Positions 26,588 through 35,953 of a stretch of 64,000 nucleotides of DNA are shown here, piece after piece; position 1 is the first letter of the stretch, and the number at the start of each line of letters is the position of its first letter. The notes below the pieces were generated by a model. It searched no databases. It saw only the letters and a list, made by a program, of their open reading frames with translations, and was not told the origin of the DNA. Both the position numbers and the translations under genes were made by a program. The stretch spans positions 29,772 through 93,771 of the forward strand of contig JAJVHU010000010.1 of NCBI GenBank assembly GCA_022072505.1. Direction: 5' to 3'. This stretch comes from Phycisphaerae bacterium (GTDB lineage Bacteria; Planctomycetota; Phycisphaerae; UBA1845).

Positions 26588-26675
26588 CGCCGAACCACCT
26601 CGCCGCTCTAGTTTCCCGACATGCAACCCCGTGGCTTCGTCCCGCAACGCGGACCCTTGCAAGCCCCGGACCCCG

Positions 26676-27071
26676 CTACGACACCAGGCAGAGCACTTCG
26701 CCGCCCACCCGCTGCTCCCGGCACGCCCGATCGCTGAGCACCCCGCGGTTCGTCGACACGATCGCAATGCCCAGACCGTCCATCACCCGCGGAATCTCGT
26801 CCGCCCCCGCGTACACCCGGCATCCCGGTTTCGACACCCGGTCGATCTGCCGGATCACGTCCTCGCCCCGCGCCCCGTACTTCAGGTGAATGCGAAGCAG
26901 CCCCTGTCGCGCGTCGGCGATCGGGTCGTACCCCAGGATGTATCCCTCCTGACGCAGAACCTCCGCCACCCCGCGCTTCAGCTTCGACGCCGAAACCGTC
27001 ACGTCCTTCCGCCGCACCCGCACCCCGTTGCGGATCCGCGTCAGCATGTCCGCGATCGTATCTGTCAGCAT
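26676..27071 (-). CDS. rpsH: 30S ribosomal protein S8
   Basis: MLTDTIADMLTRIRNG. Confidence 0.96.
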   Translation of the reverse strand: MLTDTIADMLTRIRNGVRVRRKDVTVSASKLKRGVAEVLRQEGYILGYDPIADARQGLLRIHLKYGARGEDVIRQIDRVSKPGCRVYAGADEIPRVMDGLGIAIVSTNRGVLSDRACREQRVGGEVLCLVS

Positions 27072-27108
27072 TCCCGCCGCTCCTCACGCGCCGCTTCAGG
27101 CGCCGCTC

Positions 27109-27294
27109 CTACCAACTCGCCTTCCGCACCCCGGGGATCATCCCCCGGTGCGCCAACTGCCGGAAGCACAACCGGCACAGCTTGAACTTCCGGTACACCG
27201 CCCGCGAACGCCCGCACATCTGGCACCGACGCACCCGGCGAGTCGAATATTTCGCCGGAGCGTTCGCCTTGTTCCTCCAGGCCGTCGTCGCCAT
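27109..27294 (-). CDS. rpsN: 30S ribosomal protein S14, zinc-ribbon type Z
   Basis: 61 aa, [38 protein letters not shown]. Confidence 0.95.
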   Translation of the reverse strand: MATTAWRNKANAPAKYSTRRVRRCQMCGRSRAVYRKFKLCRLCFRQLAHRGMIPGVRKASW

Positions 27295-27306
27295 GCTGGA
27301 TACCTC

Positions 27307-27852
27307 TTACCCTTCCGTCTTGCGGAACGGCAGACCCATCAACTCGAGCAGACGCCTGCCGTGCGCGTCGTTGCCCGCCGTCGTCACCATCGTGATGTTC
27401 ATCCCCAGCGTGTACTCGACCTGGTCCAGGTTGATCTCCGAAAAAATCCCCTGCTCCGACAACCCCATCGAGTAATTCCCGTGACCGTCGAAGTTCGTCT
27501 TCAAACCTCGGAAGTCCCGCAAACGCGGGATCCCCGCGTTGATCAGCCGGTCCAGGAACTCGTACATCCGTTTCCCGCGCAGCGTCACCATCGCCCCGAT
27601 CTCCATCCCCTCACGGAGCTTGAAGTTCGACACGCTCTTCCGCGCCTTGCATCGCACCGCCTTCTGCCCCGTGATCACCGACAGATCGCGCTCCGCCGCC
27701 TCCACGATCTTCTTGTCCGCCCCCGCGCGCCCCAGACCCATCGACACCACGACCTTTTTCAGCCGCGGAATCGCCATCGGGTTCCCGATCCCCAGGTCCG
27801 ACGCCAGCGCCGCGCGGACGCTCGATTGATAATGTTCCTGCAACCTCGCCAT
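27307..27852 (-). CDS. rplE: 50S ribosomal protein L5
   Basis: MARLQEHYQ.., GNYSMGLSEQGIFSEI. Confidence 0.96.
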   Translation of the reverse strand: MARLQEHYQSSVRAALASDLGIGNPMAIPRLKKVVVSMGLGRAGADKKIVEAAERDLSVITGQKAVRCKARKSVSNFKLREGMEIGAMVTLRGKRMYEFLDRLINAGIPRLRDFRGLKTNFDGHGNYSMGLSEQGIFSEINLDQVEYTLGMNITMVTTAGNDAHGRRLLELMGLPFRKTEG

Positions 27853-27874
27853 CGAAGACCTGCTCCCGCGCCGA

Positions 27875-28231
27875 CTACGCGCCCTTCGCCTTCCGCAGTA
27901 CGTGCAGCACCGACTGCTTCTCCACCGTCACCCGCTGCTTCTCCGTCACCTTGCCCGCGGGATCCGTCTTCGTCGCAAAACGAACCCGCGACGGTTTCCC
28001 CGTGGAAGGATCCACCGGCTGAACGTTCGACAGGTGGATCGGCGCCTCCTTCTGCAACCGTCCCCCCTTCGGGTTCCGCTTCGTCGGACGCACGTGGCGG
28101 TACACCAGGTTCACGCCCTCCACCACCACCTCGAGCTTCCTCGCGTCCACCCGCAGAACCTTCCCGCGCGCCCCCTTGTGCGCCCCGGCGATCACCGTCA
28201 CCGTGTCGTTCTTTCTTACGTGACTCGCCAC
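27875..28231 (-). CDS. rplX: 50S ribosomal protein L24
   Basis: KOW motif KNDTVTVIAGAHKGARGKVLRV. Confidence 0.94.
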   Translation of the reverse strand: MASHVRKNDTVTVIAGAHKGARGKVLRVDARKLEVVVEGVNLVYRHVRPTKRNPKGGRLQKEAPIHLSNVQPVDPSTGKPSRVRFATKTDPAGKVTEKQRVTVEKQSVLHVLRKAKGA

Positions 28232-28644
28232 TAGACCACCTCTTCCGCCAGCGAAATGATCTTCATGTATTTGTCGCGCAGCTCCCGCGCCACCGCGCCG
28301 AACACCCGCGTCCCCTTCGGCTCGCCCTTGTCGTCCAGCAGAACCACCGCGTTCGTGTCGAACCGCACGTACCCCCCGTCCGCGCGACGCGTCGGCTTCA
28401 CCGTCCGCACCACCACCGCCTTCGAGGTCCGCCGCTTCGACCGGTCCTTCCGCGTGTTCCCCCCCATGAATTCCGAATTCGGCAGCGCTTTCTTCACCGT
28501 CACAAAGACGATGTCCCCCACCCCCGCCACCTGAAGACGGGGCTTGCCGATCCGCGAGGTCGATCCCTTGTACACGCGGATCACCATCGCCTCCTTGGCG
28601 CCGGTGTTGTCCGCCACGTCCACCTTTGAATACTGGATGATCAT
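28231..28644 (-). CDS. rplN: 50S ribosomal protein L14 (with two short insertions)
   Basis: VADNTGAKEAMVIRV, GTRVFGAVARELR and KIISLAEEVV. Confidence 0.95.
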   Translation of the reverse strand: MIIQYSKVDVADNTGAKEAMVIRVYKGSTSRIGKPRLQVAGVGDIVFVTVKKALPNSEFMGGNTRKDRSKRRTSKAVVVRTVKPTRRADGGYVRFDTNAVVLLDDKGEPKGTRVFGAVARELRDKYMKIISLAEEVV

Positions 28645-28662
28645 CGCTTCGCCGCCGCTCCC

Positions 28663-28974
28663 TTACGCCGTCGCCGACTCGACGCTCCCCGCGTGACGCT
28701 CGAGAATCTTCTCAAGCCGCCAGCTCTTCGTCTTCGACATCCGACGGCAAAACGCCAGTTGAACCCGGTCGCCCGCCTTCGCCTCGTTCTTCTCGTCGTG
28801 CGCATGCACCCGGCGACGACGACGCATGTACTTCCCGTACTTCGCGTGCTTCACGCTGAACTCGTATTCCACGCTGATCGTCTTGTCACGCTTGTCCGAC
28901 ACGACGACCCCCACCAGGTGCGCACGCGCCCGCCGATCCCCCGCCTGCTTCGTCATCGTTGACGTCGTTGCCAT
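28663..28974 (-). CDS. rpsQ: 30S ribosomal protein S17
   Basis: GVVVSDKRDKTISVEYEFSVKHAKYGKY. Confidence 0.94.
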   Translation of the reverse strand: MATTSTMTKQAGDRRARAHLVGVVVSDKRDKTISVEYEFSVKHAKYGKYMRRRRRVHAHDEKNEAKAGDRVQLAFCRRMSKTKSWRLEKILERHAGSVESATA

Positions 28975-29024
28975 CCGAACGTTTCCTTATCCGCTTCCGC
29001 GCCGGGTCCGGCCCGCGCTCGCCT

Positions 29025-29225
29025 CTACGTCGTCACCCGCTGACCACGCTCTCGCATCACCGTCTGCACCCGCGCAATGTCCCGCTTCGTGTTCGTCAGC
29101 AGGTGCGGATTCTCCAGCTTCTCCGTCACCGCCTGCGAGCGAAGGTCGAAAAGGTGACGCCGAAGCCGGTCCAGCTCCAGCCGAAGATCCTCCAACTTCA
29201 TCTCTCGTACCGCGCTGATCTTCAT
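29025..29225 (-). CDS. rpmC: 50S ribosomal protein L29
   Basis: MKISAVREMKLEDLRLELDRLRRHLFDLRSQ. Confidence 0.93.
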   Translation of the reverse strand: MKISAVREMKLEDLRLELDRLRRHLFDLRSQAVTEKLENPHLLTNTKRDIARVQTVMRERGQRVTT

Positions 29226-29256
29226 CGTTTCCTTCCCGACGTAACGCCCACGACCC

Positions 29257-29676
29257 CTACAGACCGTGCCGACGCCGGATCATCCGGCAACGCATCGGCA
29301 TCTTGCTCGCGATCCGCCCCAGCGCGCTCCGCGCCACGTTCTCCTCCACCCCGCCGACCTCGAACAACACCTGGCCCTCGCGCACGCACGCCACCCAGTC
29401 CTCCGGGTCGCCCTTGCCTTTCCCCATGCGAGTCTCCAGCGGCTTCGCCGACACCGGCTTGTGCGGGAAAATCCGGATGTACACCCGCCCCTCGCGGTGC
29501 AGAAAGTGCGTCGCCGCGACGCGACCGGCCTCGATCTGACGACCCGTGATCCAGCCCGTCCCCAGCGTCTGAAGTCCGTACTCCCCGTACGACACTTCGT
29601 TCCCGCGCATCGCCACCCCGCGCAGCTTCCCGCGCTGCGATTTGCGCCACTTCACCCGCTTCGGCATCAACGCCAT
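29257..29676 (-). CDS. rplP: 50S ribosomal protein L16
   Basis: MALMPKRVKWRKSQRGKLRG. Confidence 0.96.
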   Translation of the reverse strand: MALMPKRVKWRKSQRGKLRGVAMRGNEVSYGEYGLQTLGTGWITGRQIEAGRVAATHFLHREGRVYIRIFPHKPVSAKPLETRMGKGKGDPEDWVACVREGQVLFEVGGVEENVARSALGRIASKMPMRCRMIRRRHGL

Positions 29677-29743
29677 GACAACACCTGCCCTTGCACCCGC
29701 TCGCCGCCGCCCTCAACACGCCGGCAACCCGACTCGCCACGCT

Positions 29744-30442
29744 TCATCCGCGCTTCCCGCGCGACGGGCGACGCGCCATCCCCTCGCCCAGCGACGGCGC
29801 TTCCTCCCCGTAACGACCGTGATACAGCCACACCTTCACCCCGATCGTCCCGTACGTCGTCTTCGCGATCGCATATCCGTAATCAATATGCGCCTGAAGC
29901 GTGTGCAGCGGGATCGAGCCGCGGAGCATCGTCTCCACCCGCGCCATTTCCGCCCCCCCCAGCCGCCCCGACGACCGGATCTTGATCCCCTTCGCCCCCG
30001 CCGTGATCGCCGCGTCCGCACGCTGCTTCATCACCCGCCGGAATCCCCCGCGCTTCTTCAGACCCTCCGCGATCCCCTCCGCCACAAGCTGCGCGTTCGT
30101 GTCCGGCGACTTGATCTCCACGATCCGCACGTCCACCTTCCGGTCGATCAGATCCTCCAGCGCCTCGCGCAGCTTCTCGATCTCCGCCCCGCGCGGACCG
30201 ATGACCAGGCCCGGACGCCCCGTGTGCAGCGCCACCTTCACGTCCGTCCGCGTCCGCTCGATCTCCACCTCCGCGACCGCCGCATAAGGCGGATTCTGGT
30301 TCAGACGCTCGTCGATGAACTTGCGGATCTTCTGATCCTCGATCAGAAACTCCCCGAACGCCGCCTTCGGCGCATACCAGCGCGAGCGCCATTCCTCGGT
30401 GATGCCGATCCGGAAACCTCTGGGATGGATCTTTTGACCCAC
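29744..30442 (-). CDS. rpsC: 30S ribosomal protein S3
   Basis: MGQKIHPRGFRIGI. Confidence 0.97.
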   Translation of the reverse strand: MGQKIHPRGFRIGITEEWRSRWYAPKAAFGEFLIEDQKIRKFIDERLNQNPPYAAVAEVEIERTRTDVKVALHTGRPGLVIGPRGAEIEKLREALEDLIDRKVDVRIVEIKSPDTNAQLVAEGIAEGLKKRGGFRRVMKQRADAAITAGAKGIKIRSSGRLGGAEMARVETMLRGSIPLHTLQAHIDYGYAIAKTTYGTIGVKVWLYHGRYGEEAPSLGEGMARRPSRGKRG

Positions 30443-30485
30443 GACTTTCTCCTCGACGACGCCGCGCCCGGCGAACGCCCGACTT

Positions 30486-30839
30486 TCAAACTCGCTCCCG
30501 AACCTCGATCACGATGTGGCTGGTCCGCTTCAGGATCGGATGCGCCCGTCCGCGGTCCTTCGGCTGCCACCGCGGATACGTCGGCCCGCCGTCGATCCGC
30601 GCCTCGCTCACCACCAGGCTGCGAACGTCCGCCTCCTGCTCATCCGCGTTCGCGATCGCCGACTTCAGCACGTTCTCGATCATCCGCGCCGACCGCCGCC
30701 GGTTGAACGCCAGAAGCTCCAGCGCGTCGCTCGCACGCCGACCGCGGATCGTGTCGATGACCAGCCGCGCCTTGCGCGGACTGATCCGCGCAAACCGGTG
30801 CAGCGCCCGCCACGTGTTTCCATCCGCCATGATCCCCAA
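30486..30839 (-). CDS. rplV: 50S ribosomal protein L22
   Basis: ARISPRKARLVIDTIRGRRASDALELLAF. Confidence 0.95.
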   Translation of the reverse strand: MGIMADGNTWRALHRFARISPRKARLVIDTIRGRRASDALELLAFNRRRSARMIENVLKSAIANADEQEADVRSLVVSEARIDGGPTYPRWQPKDRGRAHPILKRTSHIVIEVRERV

Positions 30840-30843
30840 CCCC

Positions 30844-31137
30844 CTACTTCGCCGCCGCGTCCGCCTTGCGGTGGCCCGAATGACCCTTGAACGTCCGCGT
30901 CGGACTGAACTCGCCCAGCTTGTGCCCCACCATCTCCTCCGTCACGAACACCTGGTGGAACATCTTCCCGTTGTGAACCTCGAACTTCAGACCCACGAAC
31001 TCCGGAACGATCGTGCAGGCCCGCCGCCACGTCCGGATCGGAGCATGAACCCCGCGAGACTTCGCGTCCATCGCCTTCCGAAACAACTTCTCGTCTACAA
31101 ACGGACCCTTTTTCTGCGATCGCGACATCGTCACCAA
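30844..31137 (-). CDS. rpsS: 30S ribosomal protein S19
   Basis: [14 protein letters not shown] and [33 protein letters not shown]. Confidence 0.96.
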   Translation of the reverse strand: MVTMSRSQKKGPFVDEKLFRKAMDAKSRGVHAPIRTWRRACTIVPEFVGLKFEVHNGKMFHQVFVTEEMVGHKLGEFSPTRTFKGHSGHRKADAAAK

Positions 31138-31234
31138 GCTCCTTAGCCTCGAGCTTCAGGCTGCCCGCTTCAAATCCTTCCGCGCTCTTCGTTCCCGCTC
31201 CGCGGCGTGCAGCCCGCGCGCCCCACGGCTCCCC

Positions 31235-32098
31235 CTACGACGGATTCGGCAACTGCCCGTACCGCCGGCTGCGACGCCGACGCAGGATCCGCTTGCTCGA
31301 CGGCTTCCGCGCCGCACGCGTCCGACCGCCCTTCGCCAACTTCCCCCACTTGCTGCACGGGTGACGACCGCCGCCGCTGCGCCCCTCGCCGCCCCCCAGC
31401 GGGTGCGACACCGGGTTCTGCGCCGTACCCCGTACATAAGGCCGGCGTCCACGATGTCGCGTCCGGCCGGCCTTGCCCCAATTCACGTTCTGATGATCCG
31501 CGTTGCCGAGCTGTCCGATCGTCGCCCGGCATTCCTCGCGCACCTGGCGCATTTCGCCCGAGGGAAGCACAAGGATCGCCCATCCGCCTTCTCGCGACAG
31601 AAACCGCGCCGTCCCCCCCGCCGATCGCACGAGCTTGCCCCCTTGTCCGGGGTTCATCTCGATGTTGTGAACGTCCATCCCGGTCGGAATGTTCTTCAGC
31701 GGCATCGCGTTGCCCGGCTTCGGCTCAACCGTCGGCCCGCTCTCCACCGCCATCCCCGCCTTCATCCCCATCGGCGCCAGAATGTACCGCAGCTCCCCAT
31801 CGTCGTACTTGATGAGCGCGATGTTCGCCGACCGGTTCGGGTCGTATTCGACGCGCTCCACCCGCCCGACCACCCCGTCCTTGTTGCGACGAAAATCGAT
31901 CCGCCGGTACAACCGCCGCGCTCCGCCCCCGCGATGCCGCGACGTGATCCAGCCGTGATGATTGCGCCCGCCGCGCCGCGTCAACCGCTCGGTCAGCGCC
32001 TTCACCGGCGTCGATTCCGTCGAGGTCAGCTCGGAAAAATCGCTGACCGTCCCCGCCCGGCGACCCGGCGACGTTGGATTGTACTTTCTAAGTGCCAT
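31235..32098 (-). CDS. rplB: 50S ribosomal protein L2
   Basis: MALRKYNPTSPGRR and GTAQNPVSHPLGGGEG. Confidence 0.97.
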   Translation of the reverse strand: MALRKYNPTSPGRRAGTVSDFSELTSTESTPVKALTERLTRRGGRNHHGWITSRHRGGGARRLYRRIDFRRNKDGVVGRVERVEYDPNRSANIALIKYDDGELRYILAPMGMKAGMAVESGPTVEPKPGNAMPLKNIPTGMDVHNIEMNPGQGGKLVRSAGGTARFLSREGGWAILVLPSGEMRQVREECRATIGQLGNADHQNVNWGKAGRTRHRGRRPYVRGTAQNPVSHPLGGGEGRSGGGRHPCSKWGKLAKGGRTRAARKPSSKRILRRRRSRRYGQLPNPS

Positions 32099-32116
32099 CG
32101 CTCTTGCGCTCCCGGA

Positions 32117-32428
32117 TCAGAACAGGTTGATGTGGTCGTTCGGATCCAGCACCACGACCGCCTTCTTCCAGTCGCTCGTCCGGCCCATCTTGAACCGCAC
32201 CCGCCGCGGCTTCCCGTGAACCTTCGACGTCCGCACCGACACCACGTGTACGCCGTAAATCTTCTCCACCGCCTCCCGGATCTGAGGCTTCGTCGCGTGC
32301 GCCAGCACCTCGAACGTGTACGACCCGCCCCGACCCCGACGCGTCCGCGACGCTTCGTGCGACTGCTGCGACTGATGCGTGCCCTTCTCGGTCACGAGAG
32401 GCCGTTTGATGACGTCGTGTATCTTCAT
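32117..32428 (-). CDS. rplW: 50S ribosomal protein L23
   Basis: HDVIKRPLVTEKG, plus its position between rplD and rplB. Confidence 0.93.
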   Translation of the reverse strand: MKIHDVIKRPLVTEKGTHQSQQSHEASRTRRGRGGSYTFEVLAHATKPQIREAVEKIYGVHVVSVRTSKVHGKPRRVRFKMGRTSDWKKAVVVLDPNDHINLF

Positions 32429-32447
32429 CGCCGATCCCCCCTCTCCC

Positions 32448-33080
32448 CTATGCGCCCGCCGACACCCGCGTCAGAAACGCCTCGAACGCCGGCTTCGTGA
32501 ACACCAGCTTCCGACGCCGCAGAATCTCGTAGGCGTTCAGCTCCAGCATCGGGCGGACCTCCGTCTTCGGAATGTTCCGACCCGACAGGTGCAACGCACG
32601 CTCCACGCCGTTCGTCGCCAGCACGCACCCGCGGTCCACCCCGATCTTCTTCAGCGTGCCCGCCAGCGCTTTCGTCTTCGGCGCCGACATCGCCAGCCCG
32701 TCCACGATCAGCACGTCTTCCGTCTTCAGCTTCGCCAGCACCGCGTTCCGCCACGCCAGCGACCGCATCCCCCGCGGCATCGTCTTGTGGGCAAACGGCG
32801 CCTGCTTCGCAAAAGCCCGGCCGCCGCCGCGGCGCACGCACGTCCGGATGTTGCCCATCCGCGCCCGCCCCGTCCCCTTCTGGCGGTACAGCTTCCGCGT
32901 CGATCCCGCCACCATGCTGCGGCTCTTCGTCCGCGCCGAAAACTGACGCTGGTGATCCAGGTACGCCACCACCGCCTGCTTCAGCAGCGTCGGACGGACC
33001 CGACCCCCGAGGAGTTCCGGATCCACCTCCATCTGTCCCACCCGCTGACCGTCCGTCGTATATACAGGTACCGCCAACAT
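32448..33080 (-). CDS. rplD: 50S ribosomal protein L4
   Basis: [15 protein letters not shown]. Confidence 0.95.
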   Translation of the reverse strand: MLAVPVYTTDGQRVGQMEVDPELLGGRVRPTLLKQAVVAYLDHQRQFSARTKSRSMVAGSTRKLYRQKGTGRARMGNIRTCVRRGGGRAFAKQAPFAHKTMPRGMRSLAWRNAVLAKLKTEDVLIVDGLAMSAPKTKALAGTLKKIGVDRGCVLATNGVERALHLSGRNIPKTEVRPMLELNAYEILRRRKLVFTKPAFEAFLTRVSAGA

Positions 33081-33136
33081 CGTCGTCGTTCCCAGTCGTG
33101 ACCCGGGCCGCCCGCCCGAAATCGTTGTCCTCGCGC

Positions 33137-33787
33137 CTACCCGCGCTTCTTCGACTTCCGCAGCATCACCATCGTGCCCTCCGGACCCGGGACGCCCCCA
33201 CGCACCAGAATCAGGTGGTCTTCCACGTCCACGCCCATCAAACGCTGATTCTGGAGCGTTCGCCGCACGTGCCCGGTGTGACCGGCCATCCGCTTGCCCT
33301 TCTTCAATCCGCGACCATGCCCGCGCGACGCGCCGCCGCCGATGCTGCCCGGCGACCGGTGCTTCCGCTCCGTCCCGTGCGACGCCGGCTGACCGCCGAA
33401 CCCGTAACGCCGCATCACGCCCATCGTCCCGCGACCCTTCGTCACGCCCGTCACGTCGAGGAACTTCACCTCGTCCCCGCCGAACATCTCAACCGTCAGC
33501 ACGTCCCCCGGGGTGTGCGTCGGCGACTCGTCCAGGCGGATCTCCTTCACGTAACGCTTCGGACCCGTCCCCGCCCGGCCGGCGTGACCGATCATCGCCT
33601 TCGTCGACCGATGCGGCTTCACGTCCTCGAACCCGATCTGAAGGGCGTTGTATCCATCCGTCTCCGCCCGCTTCACCTGAAGCACCACGCACGGACCCGC
33701 CTTGATCACCGTCACCGGATGAACGACCCCGCGCTCATCCGTGATCCGCGTCATCCCCAGTTTCCGCCCCAGCAGTGTCGGCACCAT
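33137..33787 (-). CDS. rplC: 50S ribosomal protein L3
   Basis: [11 protein letters not shown] and FGGQPASHG. Confidence 0.96.
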   Translation of the reverse strand: MVPTLLGRKLGMTRITDERGVVHPVTVIKAGPCVVLQVKRAETDGYNALQIGFEDVKPHRSTKAMIGHAGRAGTGPKRYVKEIRLDESPTHTPGDVLTVEMFGGDEVKFLDVTGVTKGRGTMGVMRRYGFGGQPASHGTERKHRSPGSIGGGASRGHGRGLKKGKRMAGHTGHVRRTLQNQRLMGVDVEDHLILVRGGVPGPEGTMVMLRKSKKRG

Positions 33788-33927
33788 GACACTTCACCCC
33801 CGCCGGACGCCGCGCGGCGGCCGGTTCTTCCAACTCACATCCGCCCGATCCACGCTCAGGCGGCGGACTGTCCGTTAATAAAGCGACCCGAAAATGAAAG
33901 CGGCGCGACGCCAGGCGCCACGCCGTG

Positions 33928-34239
<312 letters not shown>

Positions 34240-34252
34240 GCGAAACACCCCT

Positions 34253-34289
34253 AAAAAACCGCACTTGCGCCGACTCGACGCAAGCACGC
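34253..34289 (-). terminator. Intrinsic-terminator-like hairpin in the rpsJ leader (candidate attenuator)
   Basis: Minus-strand RNA reads CGUGCUUGCG-UCGAGUCGG-CGCAAGUGCG-G-UUUUUU. That is a 10-bp stem (2 G-U pairs), a 9-nt loop and a U6 tail. It directly abuts the AGGGGUG SD of rpsJ. Confidence 0.45.
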
Positions 34290-34335
34290 TTCCCGGCGAT
34301 CCCGGCGGTCGTCACCAAAAAACCGCAGACCCGCC

Positions 34336-34363
34336 AAGATATTCAACCCGCGACGCTTGTCAA
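34336..34363 (-). promoter_or_regulatory. Candidate sigma-70-type promoter of the S10 operon
   Basis: On the minus strand, TTGACA (34363-34358), a 16-nt spacer, then TATCTT (34341-36). About 95 nt upstream of the rpsJ start. Pattern match only. Confidence 0.3.
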
Positions 34364-34722
34364 CCGCCCCGCTAACGTAATTCTCATACCCCGCTCCGCC
34401 GCCCGCGCCCGACCGCGCGACCACGACTCGGTTGACGCATGATTTCACAACCAGGTTCCGACCGCCCGGCCCGACGGCTACCGCATTCATCCCCCGCCAT
34501 TCCTCTCCGTCACCCTCGACGGCCGTTAATCTGGGAAAACTCCTCCAGGTCAAGGCCTCAACCACATCCGGATTTGCACCTCCTCGGCATGACATCGCCT
34601 CCACATCGAAACTAAAAAAGTGTTGCGTTTTTTATTAAAGCGAATTTTTCTTGGTATCGCTCCGGATCCCGCCCCCTTCCTTCCACCGCGAAACGACCGC
34701 GGCATCACCCGGATACCCCCTT

Positions 34723-35787
34723 CTAATCCGTTCCGATCAGCAAGACCTCGCGGCTGGTTGCCTGTTTTGACAACGCGTAAGCGGACGGACGCTCTCGCGC
34801 GACACGAACCCGTCGCTTGAACTGATGCAAATCCGCCTCCAGTTCCGCGATCGTCGGGATACCGTCATCTCGGTAGGACACCGCCAGGAGGCTCTCGCGG
34901 TGCCGGTCCAGCACTTCGCGGAAGCACGCTCCGACCCGTCGCCGATCCGCCCACCCGCTCGGTTCGGGACGCAGCTCCCGGTGTTTTGAAGTCAGGTCGA
35001 TCAATTCGGGCCAGTTCTCGTACTGCACCAGTCCTTCGAGGAAATGATAAAACGCGCGGTAATCCACGCCCGTCCCCGTCCGGCTGACATAAGGCGGATC
35101 CAGGTAAACCAGATCGTAACGCCCGCCGACATCCCGAGCGTCTGCGCAGACGGATCGGCACGGCTCGCCGTTGTCAAATACGGCGCGGTTCGCCTGCGCG
35201 CAGAACGTTCGCACGTGCTCGTTGAAAGACCGGTCCCACGACGCCTTGTTCCCGAAACCGCGCTTCACCTCGGCGAGCCGCATGTAAAGGTTGGCCCGAT
35301 GAAAGAGGTTGTAAGGTCGTTTCGCCGTCGCCGCCTGAAGCACGCCGAACCACGCCAGCGCCTGCTCATAATCCGAGTCCAGCGCGGCGATGTTCCCGAC
35401 CGCGACGTCGAGCTGCGTATTCTCCTCGTCCGTGAAGTAAATGCCCGGAAACGTCCGTCGAACGAAGTCCCCGTAACTCACGCCCGCTTGCCGCGCGAGC
35501 AGTCCCTCGATCGCCGGCGCGGACAACCGCACGCGCCCGTTCTCGATCAGCGCCGTTCCGATCCGATGATTGAACTTCAGCGCGTCGTTGTACGTCACCG
35601 CCTTGCCCGCGCACTTGAACGCGTACGCCACGCTGCCTGTCCCGCCGAAGGCGTCCAGCACCGTCCGATAGTCCAGGTCGGAAAGCTGCTCGACGATCCA
35701 GACGGCGCTGCGTCGTTTGCTGCCTTGATAACGCGTCGCCGGGAAGCGCTCGAAGTCGTGATCCGTGGGTGAAAACAGCGTGCCCAT
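34723..35787 (-). CDS. Dam-family (D12 class, alpha-type) N6-adenine DNA methyltransferase, no adjacent endonuclease
   Basis: RYQGSKRR, DAFGGTGSV (FxGxG) before LVYLDPPYV (DPPY), and LLAVSYRDDG. Confidence 0.85.
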   Translation of the reverse strand: MGTLFSPTDHDFERFPATRYQGSKRRSAVWIVEQLSDLDYRTVLDAFGGTGSVAYAFKCAGKAVTYNDALKFNHRIGTALIENGRVRLSAPAIEGLLARQAGVSYGDFVRRTFPGIYFTDEENTQLDVAVGNIAALDSDYEQALAWFGVLQAATAKRPYNLFHRANLYMRLAEVKRGFGNKASWDRSFNEHVRTFCAQANRAVFDNGEPCRSVCADARDVGGRYDLVYLDPPYVSRTGTGVDYRAFYHFLEGLVQYENWPELIDLTSKHRELRPEPSGWADRRRVGACFREVLDRHRESLLAVSYRDDGIPTIAELEADLHQFKRRVRVARERPSAYALSKQATSREVLLIGTD

Positions 35788-35953
35788 CGCCCCCGAATGT
35801 ATTGGACGTGCCCCGCGGCGTCATCTTCGTCCGAGTCGTAGACGCCGGGCTCGCTCGCCCGCCGGAGCGCGCCGATACCCGAAAGAGACGGACCCGGCGC
35901 CGGCGCCCGCAGGGCGCAGCCCTTGTCGGCACAAAACATCAGGAGAAGTCAAC

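Noticed and set aside
28231-28644. L14 being 137 aa with two insertions (..STSRIGKPRLQVAG.., ..NSEFMGGNTRKDRSKRRTS..)
   Set aside because: This is probably a lineage-specific r-protein expansion, like the tails on L17 and RpoA. It is not evidence of a separate feature.
34251-34604. 117-aa minus-strand ORF in the S10 leader/spacer
   Set aside because: It overlaps the terminator hairpin and the promoter-like sites. It has no motifs, Gly/Arg/Val-rich composition and no SD.
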